From assembly GCA_030704615.1 (NCBI GenBank), contig CM060733.1, forward strand, positions 65,410,001-65,474,000: a stretch of 64,000 nucleotides of DNA, in the 5' to 3' direction. Below the pieces are notes generated by a model, which was given only the letters and a program-made list of their open reading frames with translations, did no database searches and was not told the DNA's origin. Positions 22,737-35,959 of this stretch are shown piece after piece (within the stretch, counting starts at the first letter, position 1; each line of letters starts with the position of its first letter). This DNA is from Takakia lepidozioides. Lineage: Eukaryota > Plantae > Bryophyta. The position numbers were made by a program, and so were the translations under genes.

Positions 22737-25700
22737 ATGAGATCAATCGAAATTCATTCGATGGCTCAACGGATGGTTGGCCATCGAAATGATTTTGGTT
22801 TGTGTAGTGATGAGATCAATCGAAATTCATTCGATGGCTCAACGGATGGTTGGCCATCGAAATGATTTTGGTTTGCTTTGAGACTTGGCCAATATGTTCA
22901 ATGTGCCATGTAAGAGGCCCCTGAGTAATATGAGATCAATCGAAATTCGTTCAATGGGCCAACGGATGGTTGCCCCTCCAAATGATTTTCGTTCGCTTTG
23001 AAACTTGGCCAGTGTGTTCAATATACCCTATGATACGTTCCACTGTAATACGAGATCAATCGAAAAATCGTTTGATTGTCCCAATGAGGCGTTCACTTGT
23101 CATCTGGTTTTTGTTCAATGCGAAAAAAAATCCTGCAATGCGTGCACGGCTATTGCACCCATTGAACGGATGCGGTTGAAGCCCCTCTTTTGCCCGCATG
23201 TGCTTGAACATGTGTGCGACACATGTGCGGAGACACAACAGACGAATAAAACATTTGCCTCCCCATCGACACGCTCCCCCCTCAAGCCATTCCACAATTT
23301 AATTGAATTTAAATTTATTTTAAGCCAATAAATAGGTTTGCACTGCCTTTCAGTGGGGGTTTCTGGCACGTATTGATTTTGTTTTTGGCTCAATTTTGTT
23401 GTGCGGCTTCCAACATCCCACGGCTACTCCCCCTCAAAAATTTGGACCAATAAAAAAATGCCCCAAAAAAAATGTTCTCTTTGCTCACTATTGCAGAACT
23501 CTCTATGAAGAGTGCATAAAATAGAACACAAATCAAGTTTGGAGTGCAAAACAGGGAAGAAACTGTGGTTTTGGGTCCATATGAATTTGATCGCTCCCAA
23601 ATTTGGCGTGCACGTTGCATATGGCTACATTACACGCCCCATTCAAAAACGGAATGAAAAAAAAATCGTGAGCACGCGAAACACAGTCCAACAGGTCCCA
23701 AAGCAATAGCAGCGCCAACGGAATACATTCAACGGGTGAACGAATGGTTGCCCATCCAAATCATTTTTGTTAGCTTCCAAACTTTGCCAGCACGTTCCAC
23801 ACACACTCTCACAGGTCCCGGACTAATATGAGATCAATCGAAATTCATTCGATGACTCAACGGATGGTTGGCCATCGAAATGATTTTGGTTTGCTTTGAG
23901 ACTTGGCCACTATGTTCAATGTGCCATGTAAGAGGCCCCTGAGTAATATGAGATCAATCGAAATTCGTTCAATGGGCCAACGGATGGTTGCCCATCCAAA
24001 TGATTTTCGTTCGCTTTGAAACTTGGCCAGTGTGTTCAATGTACCCTATGATACGTCCCACTGTAATACGAGATCAATCGAAAATCGTTTGATTGTCCAA
24101 TGAGGCGTTCACTTGTCATCTGGTTTTTGTTCAATGCGAAAAAAAAATCCTGCAATGCGTGCACGGCTATCGCACCCATTGAACGGATGTGGTTGAAGCC
24201 CCTCTTTTGCCCGCATGTGCTTGAACATGTGTGCGACACATGTGCGGAGACACAACAGACGAATAAATCATTTGCCTCCCCATCGACTCGCTCCCCCTCA
24301 AGCCATTCCACAATTAATTGAATTTAAATTATTTTAAGCCAATAAATAGGTTTTCACTGCCTTTCAGTGGGGTTTCTGGCACGTATTGATTTGTTTTTGG
24401 CTCAATTTTGTTGTGCGGCTTCCAACATCCCACGGCTACTCCCCCTCAAAAATTTGGACCAATCAAAAATGCCTCAAAAAAAAAATGTTCTCTTTGCTCA
24501 CTATTGCAGAACTCTCTATGAAGAGTGCATAAAATATAACACAAATCAAGTTTGGAGTGCAAAACAGGGAAAAAATGGGGGTTTTGGGTCCAAATGAATT
24601 TTGATCGCTCCCAAATTTGGCGCGCACGTCGTGCATATGGCTACATTACACGCCCCATTCAAAACGGAATGAAAAAAAATCGTGAGCACGCGAAACACAG
24701 TCCAACAGGTCCCAAGCAAAGCAGCGCCAACAGAATACATTCAACGGGTGAACGGATGGTTGCCCATCCAAATCATTTTTGTTAGCATGCAAACTTTGCC
24801 AGCACGTTCCACACACACTCTCACAGGTCCCGGACTAATATGAGATCAATCGAAATTCATTCGATGACTCCATGGGCTTTGACTGGCCATGTGTGTTCAA
24901 TGTACCCTATGATACGTCCCACTGTAATACAGATCAATCGAAAATCGTTTGATTGTCCAATGAGGCGTTCACTTGTCATCGGTTTTTGTTCAATGCGAAA
25001 AAAAAATCCTGCAATGCGTGCAGCTATCGCACCCATTGAACGGATGGGGTTGAAGCCCCCTCTTTTGCCCGCATGTGCTTGAACATGTGTGCGACACATG
25101 TGCGGAGAAACAAAGACCAATAAATCATTTGCCTCCCCATCGACGCGCTCCCCCCTCAAGCCATTCCACAATTTAATTGAATTTAAATTTATTTTAAGCC
25201 AATAAATAGGTTTGCACTGCCTTTCAGTGGGGTTCTGGCACGTATCGATTTTGTTTTTGGCTCAATTGTGTTTTGCCGCTTCAAGCATCCACGGCTACTA
25301 CTCCCCACAAAAATTGGACCAATAAAAAATGCCCCAAAAAAAATGTTCTCTTTGCTCACCTATTGCAGAACTCTCTATGAAGAGTGCATTAAAAAGTAGA
25401 ACACAAATCAAGTTTGGAGTGCAAAACAGGGAAGAGAAAGAAGAAAACAAGTGGTTTTGGGTCCAAATGAATTTTAATCGCTTTAAAATTTGGCGCGCAG
25501 TTGCATATGGCTACATTACACGCCCCATTCAAAACGGAATGAAAAAAAATCGTGAGCCCGCGGAAAACATAGTCCAAACAGGTCCCAAAGCAATAGCACG
25601 CCCAACAGAATACATTCAACGGTGAACGGATGGTTGCCCATCCAAATCATTTTTGTTAGCATGCAAACTTTGCCAGCACGTTCCACACACCCTCTACAGG

Positions 25701-26095
25701 TCCCAGACTAATATGAGATCAATCGAAATTCATTCGATGGCTCAACGGATGGTTGGCCATCGAAATGATTTTGGTTCGCTTTGAGACTTGGCCACTATGT
25801 TCAATGTGCCATGTAACCGAAATGATTTTGGTTCGCTTTGAGACTTGGCCACTATGTTCAATGTGCCATGTAAGAGGCCCCCTGAGTAATATGAGATCAA
25901 GCGAAATTCGTTCAATGGGCCAACGGATGGTTGCCAATCCAAATGATTTTCTTCGCTTTGAAACTTGGCCAGTGTGTTCAATGTACCCTATGATACGTAA
26001 CTTGGCCAGTGTGTTCCATGTCCCCTTAAATAACTTGGCCAGTGTGTTCCATGTCCCCTTAAATACGTCCCTGTGTAATATGAGATCAATCGAAT
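22737..26095. repeat. ~1-kb tandem repeat (3+ units) with internal ATGAGATCAATCGAAAT / CAACGGATGGTTG subrepeats
   Basis: Units start at ~22809, 23828, 24840 and 25712. Later units carry deletions and many indels. Confidence 0.92.
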
Positions 26096-26780
26096 TATTT
26101 TCGCTTTTGAGAACTTTGTGGGATGTTCGTAAGAAAGATCATAGATTTTTGCGAAATGATTATGAAATACCAGGGACCAGACGAATTTTGTTTGGAAGAG
26201 GACCGTTCGTAACTCGTTATAACTTATTTGTTAACATCAATTTTCCTTGTTCTCCAGCTTTCGGAGTTCATTGCAAATACCCATATACACGTCATGACCA
26301 AATATGACACCATTGTAAATTTAGTTACAGGTGAATTACTTTCTTCCCATCACACGAGTGTAAAATGTAAGAAAATGCTGCTCATGCAATTGAAATTGGC
26401 AGGTGCCGCACATGTGCATTGTGTAAACAAAATTGGTGATATACAACTTGGCGGAATGCCATCACTGTGTTTTCTAAACAATATCAAGGTACACAAAAAT
26501 GCATATGTATATGTACTATGCTGTCAGTCATTCAAAGCCTAGTCGTCACTGTACGAGGATGTGGAATTTGATGCTGTGGCCTGATTTGCACTGCCAATTG
26601 CCAACGCTTACGACCGTGATCTCGTGTTCAATGAGGGGCCCAATGGCATGTGATCAATTCTGGCCTGCATCCGCCTACTTCGCGGCGAAAGTTGACTTTC
26701 TTCTTCACTCCTCACGACGTGACGGAGGTGGATTGAGAACAAGTGCTCGGGTTTGCATGCAAATCGGCAACCGAGGCCGT

Positions 26781-28894
26781 TCATATCCAGCAAACAGCCC
26801 CTGAAACACGATGATAACGGTCTGTCCATAATCGCCTCCATTTATCTATAACTACCTTGATGGTACTTTTGAAACTTAAACTTTCCATGCCTCTCGTGGC
26901 CTTGTCCCTAATCATTGTGTCGTTTTGACGATAAGCCGCCTCGTACGCATCATTCATTCGGCGTTGACATATTATAACATCTTCCAGTTCGGACAGCAAC
27001 AAATGTCTTCCAATCGGTTGTCGGTCATACAATTCGTTCTCCTCCGGCACCCATGGAACCTGTGGGAGCCGGATAAACCTGGACCTTCTTGACTCCAATG
27101 CCCTCCCAGATTGCGGCAAAACTGCTCTCTCCCCACCAATCTCGAATACCTCCCGCACGTATGGTTATCTCCCAATCAGATTTCCCAATCAGATTTGACC
27201 CAGACATACTGGGGATCTTTGATGTATGCCGGGTTTCCGGCATGTATGCCATGCATCTCTCTGTCTGCATCCCATACCAAGTTCTTGCCCCAATGCACAC
27301 AATTCAGAAATGTGTATGGTAGCCCATCCAATGGGAGGTTGTGTCGATTGTATTCAAAACCTATGGGCATCCGATCCTCCAAGCCCACCAGCTCATGAAA
27401 ACGGCGATGGATTGGTGTACGACATTCTGGGCAAGCGCTCGTCCGCAAGGCTTTTGGGATAAGACATGTGAGATGAAACATATGTCCACATGATCCAAGC
27501 ACATGACATCCCTCTGGGCCGTATGAATTCCTATACATCGAACAAACTGTGCCATCTGATATCCATGGCGGCAAAACGCCTCGTGGTATCTCCTCCCTCT
27601 GGGCCGGTTTGATGTGGCTGGTCATCCTTCTTGTGGTGTCCCACTCTTCCTCTATCTCCAATTCCCAGTTTATGCTTCTGTTCGACCCCGAAATTATGTG
27701 CTCACATCGATCGAACATAGAATCCACATCTGCCCAATCGGTCTACCCGGCGAACACGCTTGATGCGATGCGGAGATCGTTATACCTTTGCATATTGGCA
27801 TAAATGCTATCCACGCTACGGTTCGACATGCGTGCGACACGTTGCGAGCTTGACAGTGCCCGCTCTACCCGTGCTTCTCTGGAGGCCAAATGGGTCGCCC
27901 ATTGTACCCAATTCTCCCAATCGCCATTCAATGGGACCCATGCCTGAATCTCCAGCGTTTTGGACAAGCGCCATGCAGTTGTTATGACAATGTCCCGCTC
28001 ATTTGTAACGCGGTCGACATCTAATATCGGGTTCATCTCCGATTGAATGGCAACCCTCGAGCATTCCCCGGTTTCCAGTACTGGTTCTTTTCCTTTCATC
28101 CTTCTCTCATCCGCAATTCGTTGTTCCTCAACCATGGTTTCATCGGCCACAGGGTCAAGGACATCCGTAACTTCCTGAATGATGAGGTCAATACTGCGAT
28201 CGGGCATCACAAACTCCACGTCCATGTCCACGATGTTTGTTCGATCCTCATTGTGGACAACAATGCCTTCATTGTTTGGAGGCATGTCTTGCAATGTAGC
28301 TTCCAACTCGGCTATGCGCAGTGTTTGCCAGTCTAGTCGGTCCTGCAGGGTCTTGATTCGTTGGTCTCTTTCCCCCAGTTGTTCATCTAACGTTGCAGTC
28401 GGTTGTATTCCGAACGTGTCCGGGATGTACTCCAAATCGTATAACAACCTTGCGTTCCTCCTACTAGCAGTTTGCCAATTCACTGGACGCAAGAGTATGA
28501 CCTCCACGTACAACATGGCTGCCAAGGTGTACGGGATTTGACCCTTTAAGAGAGGTTGACCCCACAATGTGCAATGCACCTCATTCGCCCTATGCTGGAA
28601 ATGCAAGTTCGTGCAAGACCTGGACTCTGCGTAATTGTTTCGGGTTTGCACATTATGCCTATCCAAAGGCCACAATCGATTGATGTAGTACCATTTCACG
28701 AATTTTTTGTATCTCGCCATCGGCCACCGGAACTCTTTCGGAACATCCTCCCAGCCCTCTTCTGCTAGTATGCTTGGGTCACCAAATACTTCTCAATTCA
28801 AGTCTTGCCTTGACCCTTTGATTTTCTTATGGGGCGGTCCATGTTCATTGGGGTCATCTCTTCCATGACGGTCATCGTCTTGGCTCTCTGCCAT
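26781..28894 (-). pseudogene. Intronless coiled-coil plus RING-H2 protein, disrupted
   Basis: C-x2-(Y)...CGHMFHLTC...CPEC. Coiled-coil LDEQLGERDQRIKTLQDRLDWQ. In-frame stops (~28795, 27743) and a frameshift (~27170). Confidence 0.7.
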
Positions 28895-29184
28895 TCTACA
28901 ACAATCGGAGCAACACTAAACGAGGTTTTCTGAAAAGACGTAACTCTAAACCCTTCCCCCGTTAAGTAGGTTTGAGTAGGTGTCAAAATACTTCCTAAAA
29001 ACTAATTTTGTAGAATAAAATGATCTTGGAAGCCAGAGGAGGGCCTATGGGAGCATTCTGCAACGACCTCACAGAAATCGCGGCAAAAAATTCCCCTCCA
29101 CCCAACCAATGGCCTCCTTCTCCACGTGACTAAGTGTCGTGGAATAACGAAATGCCACGCACACAGAAATTGTGTGGAGAGGAG

Positions 29185-29279
29185 GTGAGGGGAGAATAAG
29201 CCTCCCTTGGCTTATATCCCCCCCCCCGCCCTCATTTCTCGGGCCACGTGCAAGGCGAATCTTCTAGAAGCGACCGCCA
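29185..29279 (-). promoter_or_regulatory. Putative core promoter module (CACGTG G-box, TATA-like ATATAAG, pyrimidine patch) upstream of the RING gene
   Basis: CACGTG at 29245-29250. Homologous modules at 32004-32092 and 32238-32331. Confidence 0.4.
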
Positions 29280-29322
29280 ACTTGGCGGTCGCTCGATTTT
29301 CCGGAAAATACAAAAATAAGCG

Positions 29323-30336
29323 CATTTCCGTTCCACCTTCACATACGTTAGTTGTTGAACGGAAATACGGTGCCGCATTTCCATCCCACAGCTCCATGTA
29401 TGAGATACAAAAGGGAAATGCGGCGCCGCATTTCCGTTCAGGAATGTCGAAAGGTGCGATCCGGACGGAAATACGGCACAACATTTCAGTTCCCGTGGTT
29501 CATGATTTTCAATCTGAACGGAAATGCGGTACCGCATTTCCGTTCCCCCTTCACATACCTTAGTTGATGAACGGAAATGCCATGCCACATTTCCGTTCGG
29601 GAAAGTATAGAGGTCTCACCTGAACGGAAATGCGGTGCCGCATTTCCGGTCTGGAAAGTTTGCAGGTCTCACATGGATGGAAATGCGGCACCGCATTTCC
29701 GTCCCACAGCTCCAGGCCTCATATACAAAACGGAAATGCGGCGCCGCATTTCCGTTCTAGAATGTCGGAAGTTGCGACGCATTTCTGTTCCTGCTGTTCA
29801 CGATTTTCAGTCAGAACGGAAATGCGGTAGCGCATTTCCGTTCTGTAGAGTATTAAGGTCTGACCCTCGCGGAAATGCGGTGCCGCATTTTCGTTCCAAA
29901 GCTCTATGCCACACATACAAAACGGAAATGTGGCGCCGCATTTCCGTTTTGGAATGTCGGAAGGTGCGACTCCGACGGAAATGCTGTACCGCATTTCAGT
30001 TCCGATGTTTCAGGATTTTTCATCAGAACGGAAATGCGGTGCCGCATTTCCGTTTTGGAGAGTATGAAGGTCTCAGCCGGGCGGAAATGCGGTGTCGCAT
30101 TTCCGTTCTAGCTTGTGAGGGAGGTGGAACTCGGATGGAAATGCGCTGCCGCATTTCAGTTCCGATGGTTCATGATTTTCAGTCAGAACGGAAATGCGGT
30201 ACCGCATTTCCGTTCTGGATAGTATGAATGTCTCAAGCGGTCGGAATTGCGCTGTCTCAAGCGGTCAGAATTGCACTCGGCTCCATGCATCATATACAAA
30301 ACGAAAATGCGGCGCCGAGTTTCCGTTCTGGAATGT
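29323..30336. repeat. Block of MULE-type GGAAATGCGG palindrome array inserted in the GCGACCGCC array
   Basis: Same spacers as 13940-15115. It interrupts AATAAGCG|(A)CCGCC. Confidence 0.9.
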
Positions 30337-32350
30337 CCGCCAAAACTGGTGGTCGCTCCATTTTCAGGATAAATAAAAAAACTGCGAACGCCAAAACTGG
30401 CGTCGCTCCATTTTCCGGGGAAAAAAAAAAATGACCGCCAGAACAGGCGGTCGCTCCATTTTCCGGAAATAAAAAAAATAAGCGACCGCCAACATAGGCG
30501 GTCGCTTCATTTTAAAAAAATTAAAAAAATAAGCGACCGCCAGCATTGGCGGTCGCTTCATTTTCAAAACATTTGGAATAAATAAGAGACCACCAACATA
30601 GGCGGTCGCTTCATTTACAAAAATTTAAAATAAATAGCGACCGCCACCATACGCGGTCGCTTCATTTTAAAAAATAAAAAAAAAAATAAGCGACCGCCAA
30701 CATAGGCGGTCGCCTCATTTTCAAAACATTTAAAATATATAAGCGACCGCCAACATAGACGGTCGCTTCATTCTCAAAAACTTAAAAAAAAAAAGCGACC
30801 GCTGGCTTCATTTTCAAAACATTTAAAATAAATAAGCGACCGCCAACATAGGCGGTCGCTTCATTTTCAAAAACTTAAAAAAAAGTAAGCGACCGCCAAC
30901 ATAGACGGTCGCTTCATTTAAAAAAAAATTTAAAAAAAAAACGACTGCCAGCATAGGCGGTCACTTCATTTTCAAAATATTTAAAATAAATAAGCGACCG
31001 CCAACATAGGTGGTCGCTTCATTTTCAAAAACTTTAAAATAAATAAGCGACCGCCAACATAGGCGGTCGCTTCATTTTAGAAAAATTAAAATAAATAAGC
31101 AACCGCCAGCATAGGCGGTCGCTTCATTTTCAAAACATTTAAAATAAATAAGCGACCGCCAACATAGGCGGCCGCTTCATTTTCAAAAACTTTAAAAAAA
31201 ATAAGCGACCGCCAACATAGGCGCTTCATTAAAAAAAAATTTAAAATAAATAAGCGACCGGCAGCATAGGCGGTCGCTTCATTTTTAAGATATTTAAAAT
31301 AAATAAACGACCAACAACATATGCGGTCGCTTCATTTTCAAAACATTTAAAATAAATAAGCGACCGCCAACATAGGCGCTTCATTAAAAAAAAAATTAAA
31401 ATAAATAAGCGACCGCCAGCATCGGCGGTCGCTTCATTTTGAAAACATTTAAAATAAATAAGCGACCGGCAGCATAGGCGGTCGCTTCATTTTTAAGACA
31501 TTTAAAATAAATAAACGACCAACAACATATGCGGTCGCTTCATTTTCAAAACATTTAAAATAAATAAGCGACCGCCAACATAGGCGGTCGCTTCATTTAA
31601 ATTTTTTTAAAAAAATAGGCGACCGCTAGCATAGGCGGTCGCTTCATTTTCAAAACATTTAAAAAAAATAAGCGACCGCCAGCATAGGCGGTCGCTTCAT
31701 TTAAAAAAACTTTAAAAAAAATAAGCGACCACCAACATAGGCGGACGCTTCATTTAAAAAAAAGAAAAAAGAAAAAAGAAAAAAACGACCGCTAGCATAG
31801 GCGGTCGCTTCATTTTCAAAACATTTTAAATAAATAAGTGACCGCCAACATAGGCGGTCGATTCATTCTCAAAAACTTTTAAAAAAAAAAAGCGACCGCC
31901 AGAAATGGCGGTCGCTTCTTTTTTCAAAATAATTAAAATAAAAGCGACCGCCAGTAATGGCGGTCGCTGCATTTTGTAAAAACAAAACCTGCCAGTAATG
32001 GAAGTGAGGGGAGAATGACTGGGGGCTTATATGCCCCCTCCCGCTTCATTCCTCGCTCCACGCGTAGGGCAGACCTCATAGAAGCGAACGCCACCATGGC
32101 GGTCGCTCCATTAAAAAACAAAAAAAAACGACCGCCACAAATGGCGGTCGCTCCATTTCGCCAAAAAAAACAAAAAAAACGACCGCCGGTAATGGCGGTC
32201 GCTGCATTTATAAAAACAAAAAAAAACTTCAAGCAAAGTGAGGGGAGAATGTCCCGGAGCTTATATACCACCCTCCCCCCCGCCTCACTCCTTGCTCCAT
32301 GCGCAGGTCACACTTTGTAGAAGCGACCGCCACCTTGGCGGTCGCTCCAT
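30337..32350. repeat. ~55-60-bp tandem array GCGACCGCC-N5-6-GGCGGTCGC with A/T-rich spacers
   Basis: Read directly. Confidence 0.95.
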
Positions 32351-32619
32351 TTAAATAAAAGTGAATGCATAGTTGGAAGCATGGCACAATTGTTCTCCAT
32401 TACACAAGCAAATCACTGAACACAAACATGAGCAAGTGACGGTGTCTTTGGCCGACATTTTGGCTGGTATACACATGAGCAACATCTTTTATTTTCCAAC
32501 ACATACATAACAACAATACAAATACTCATAGTGACAATGATCACATTGGTATTACTTCAGTACAGAAATATAAACATGTCCACTAAAAAGTGCTGATGCA
32601 TACCTACAACTGTTTTGCT

Positions 32620-35400
32620 TCAATTCCTTCTACTGCTTTGACGGCGGGACGAAGAAAATCCTAATCCTAATGCTCCGATGAGTTGAAAATCCGGGTCACC
32701 CTCGACTTCACCACCGTTGCCATGATCAGTGCTGGAATCGTCCTCCCTATCCGACCTCATATGTCCAAGCTTTTGAATCTGCAATCGACCTCGAACCACA
32801 TTTAGTTCTCTCTGAGGTCGACTCCCGCTCCGGTCTTGAATACCATCCACGGTATCTGGTCTGTTTGTGGGCCGATCGCCTACAAAAGGTTGGACTGTTC
32901 TCTGTCGTTTATGGACTTGGGACGCAATTGAAGGTGGTCTCGAAGGAGGTACCGGAGGGGGGACTGCCCGAGATGGACCGGCATTAGATGGTCCGGCATG
33001 TGAGGAACCACGGGTCTGCTGCGCAACACGTCGGTTAAGGTGAAATTGTAGTGGCAGGTTGTCATCATCCGAGGCTTCAACTTCCGCCCGGTCCAATGCA
33101 GCAGAATGTTGCATGCGTGTGGAAAACAGATCAACCCTGTTGCTCCTTAATGCCCGCTGTGTCGATGGGGAGCTGGATCGGTTTTGGCATTGTGGTGGAG
33201 CTGGTCGTATCGGTGAGGCATGATCCCGTTCCGTCGACTGTACAATGGGTTCGACACCATCATTTGTATGAACAGGGTTGCGTACGTCGATCGGTCCTGG
33301 CAGTATATCACCCCTAAGCTCCATTGGGACACTACCGGTGGCTTCAGCATGTAGTGGGGGGCGAGGGTCGATCCCAACTTCATTTTGAGGACCATGTTCT
33401 AGGGATGACACAATTGCAGTTTTACCTTCATCTGCGATACACACTTCTTTAAGAAGGTCATCAAAGGTCGGCTGGATATAAGCATTCTCCTCTGTGAATG
33501 TAAACGGGTCATACGCATTTTCGGGAGCATCATTGGATCCATCTTCACTATCGGAGGCAGATAATTCCCTCTGAGATGATTATCTCTGAGCCTCAGTATC
33601 GTCACTCATCGAATCAGCATCAGAAGCAGAGTCTTCGGAATGTAAATTCCTTTCATACCATGCTGCAGCATCATCTGCTGCCATCTCACGTAGCAGTCGA
33701 CAATTGGTATACACATACACCAATTTGTCAGCCCTCGTGGGATTCAACCTGTTGCGAATCTTGTTGTGAACAAATGAGTAACTGCTCCAATTGCGTTCGC
33801 AAGATAAAGTAGAGCACACTTGAGCAAGAATAAGTTTTGCAATGGGAGCCAATGTTCTTGCTCCAGCTCCAATCAGATCCCACCATTCATGTGGCAGCAT
33901 ATTGAGCTCTTTTGGATCCGGCATGTCCTCAAAAGGGTCGCGGCGATTTGAGAAGCATTGGTACTCGGATATAGCTCTCTCTGCATGGTTCGGCGGAGCC
34001 AGTCGCATGAGCACTCGCACGAGGCCGGCCTTGGCATCAACGTCGTCTCGGAGCATGGTATTGTCGAGTAAGAATGGATTGAGCAAAGCCCCCGCATAAT
34101 GCAAGTCCGTTCGAACCATCGAACGACGGTCGTAAAATGCATCCTCAGCACTGTCCGCAAGTTCAGGTTCCAAGGAGAAGGGAGGATGCCTCAAGGATTG
34201 GATGTGCTTATCAAGATTTTGCATTAATAACCATGTCTTGCCCATTATTGGTTGTTTTCCATCAAACTCCCGCAAGACGATTAACACCAGCTCAACCATA
34301 TAAACAAAGTTTTCACATTTCTTCCAGAAATCATCGCTGCGAATGCTATTTCAAAATTTTCGACTTTTGCCCAATGACTTGGCTTTTCTGGAGTCCCGCA
34401 ATGTTCGTGTGTACGCATCCCATTGAGGATCGATGATGGTGTGCTCCAGACTGCTCTTCACCGTCACCAACCGATCCACCATCAAGAAATAGTGGCAAAA
34501 CGAGTTTCGTCTGGATTGCGGAGGCTGTATTTGGGTTCGTGCCTCCTATATATTACCAAAGGGATGTGGTGTGTGCGGATGAACGACACAACAGTCTTTG
34601 CCCACTTGACAAGTTGTTTCACCCACTGTTCTTTTCCCCAATCTTTCAAAATGAGGTCAATGATATGAGCAACACAACCTTGATATTACATATGGGGATA
34701 ACGTGCCAATAACATGTCTGCAGTGTTTATCATATTAGCGGCATTGTCTGTGCATATTTGCACGATTCTATCACTTCCGACTTGTTCGATGAAGTCCGTC
34801 AATAGTTGGCATTGATAACGTCCATCTTTCTTCTCGCCGCTCGACCGATCCCAAGAATTGTTCCCCAGCTGGACATACGAGCATGACATTGAACAACGGT
34901 CTGTTTGTGACAGAACCCCAACCATCGGCACATATAGTGCTTCCATATTTTCTGATGCACTCGCCCGTCCTATCGTTGACCTTTTGGGTAAGCTCGGTCA
35001 TGACGTCTTCTAGCAATCCTGTGCGGAGATTGTGATAAGTCGGAGGCACGTACATGGATCTGGACGCCGAGGTTGCTCTAACAGTAGAAACAAATGCCGG
35101 AAGCCTTGCCACATTAAATGGTATGTTGGCCTCGAAGAAAAACCGCGCCCATTTTTTATCCAACTTTTCTTTTCGCAGACAAGTTAAGACCTTCTTGCAT
35201 GGATTGCTGCCGTAATCCTCTACTCTGTTGAAGTGTAGGGGTACAAAGAGGTGTTGAAGCAGGTGTTGCTCCGGCACAACCCACTTGTCCAAGGACACCC
35301 GAAGCCTCACAAGAGTCGCCCTGGGTACTAATCGGGGCATCCTGACGGGAAGATGGAGTGTTCTGCTCAGAGGTCATGTCCATATCCAAAGACATTGGAA
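32620..35400 (-). pseudogene. hAT transposase (DUF659-type core plus hAT dimerisation domain) with low-complexity tail, disrupted
   Basis: ARFFFEANIPFN, TICADGW, QICTDNAAN, GCVAHIIDLILKD, ETRFAT, WWDLIG...SCERNWSSYSFVHNKIRNRL. Stops and frameshifts present. Confidence 0.9.
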
Positions 35401-35959
35401 TATTGCCTCCACACTGGGCAAAATGGTTTTTTTACCCGCATAGATGCTTTGGGGCATAAACCCACCCCAGCGCTCTGACAGTGTTCGGGATTGTCGTATA
35501 CCAAGGGCTCCATTCCTCCATCATCTTCACCATATATCCACTCCCCTGGGACCTAGCGATGCAAGCAACAAAAAACAGTCACCTATAAATGAACGTGTTG
35601 TGAATGTAGAGTGCAATGCGATAGCCCAACACTTCTACACCTATCAGCAACCCAAGTGGATCGATGTGGGTTGTAGTGTTGAGCTTATACACAATCTGCT
35701 GAAGTGGCTTTGGTGGAAGCCACAACGGCAAAAGGTGCGCACCCTCCTCTTGGGCTACACTCTCGTTCAATGGAAGAGAACATCCAAAGCAACCTCAAGT
35801 GTTTGCGCCAAAAGAAGTGAGGAGCTTGGTGACCCTCCTCCCTTATATATGATCCAAGAGGGATAAAAGTGAAATGAAAGTGAAATGAATAAATGACGAA
35901 CCAATAGCGCCCACCCAAAAAAAGCTGTACAACCATATTTGTTGTAATTTTGAAATTAA

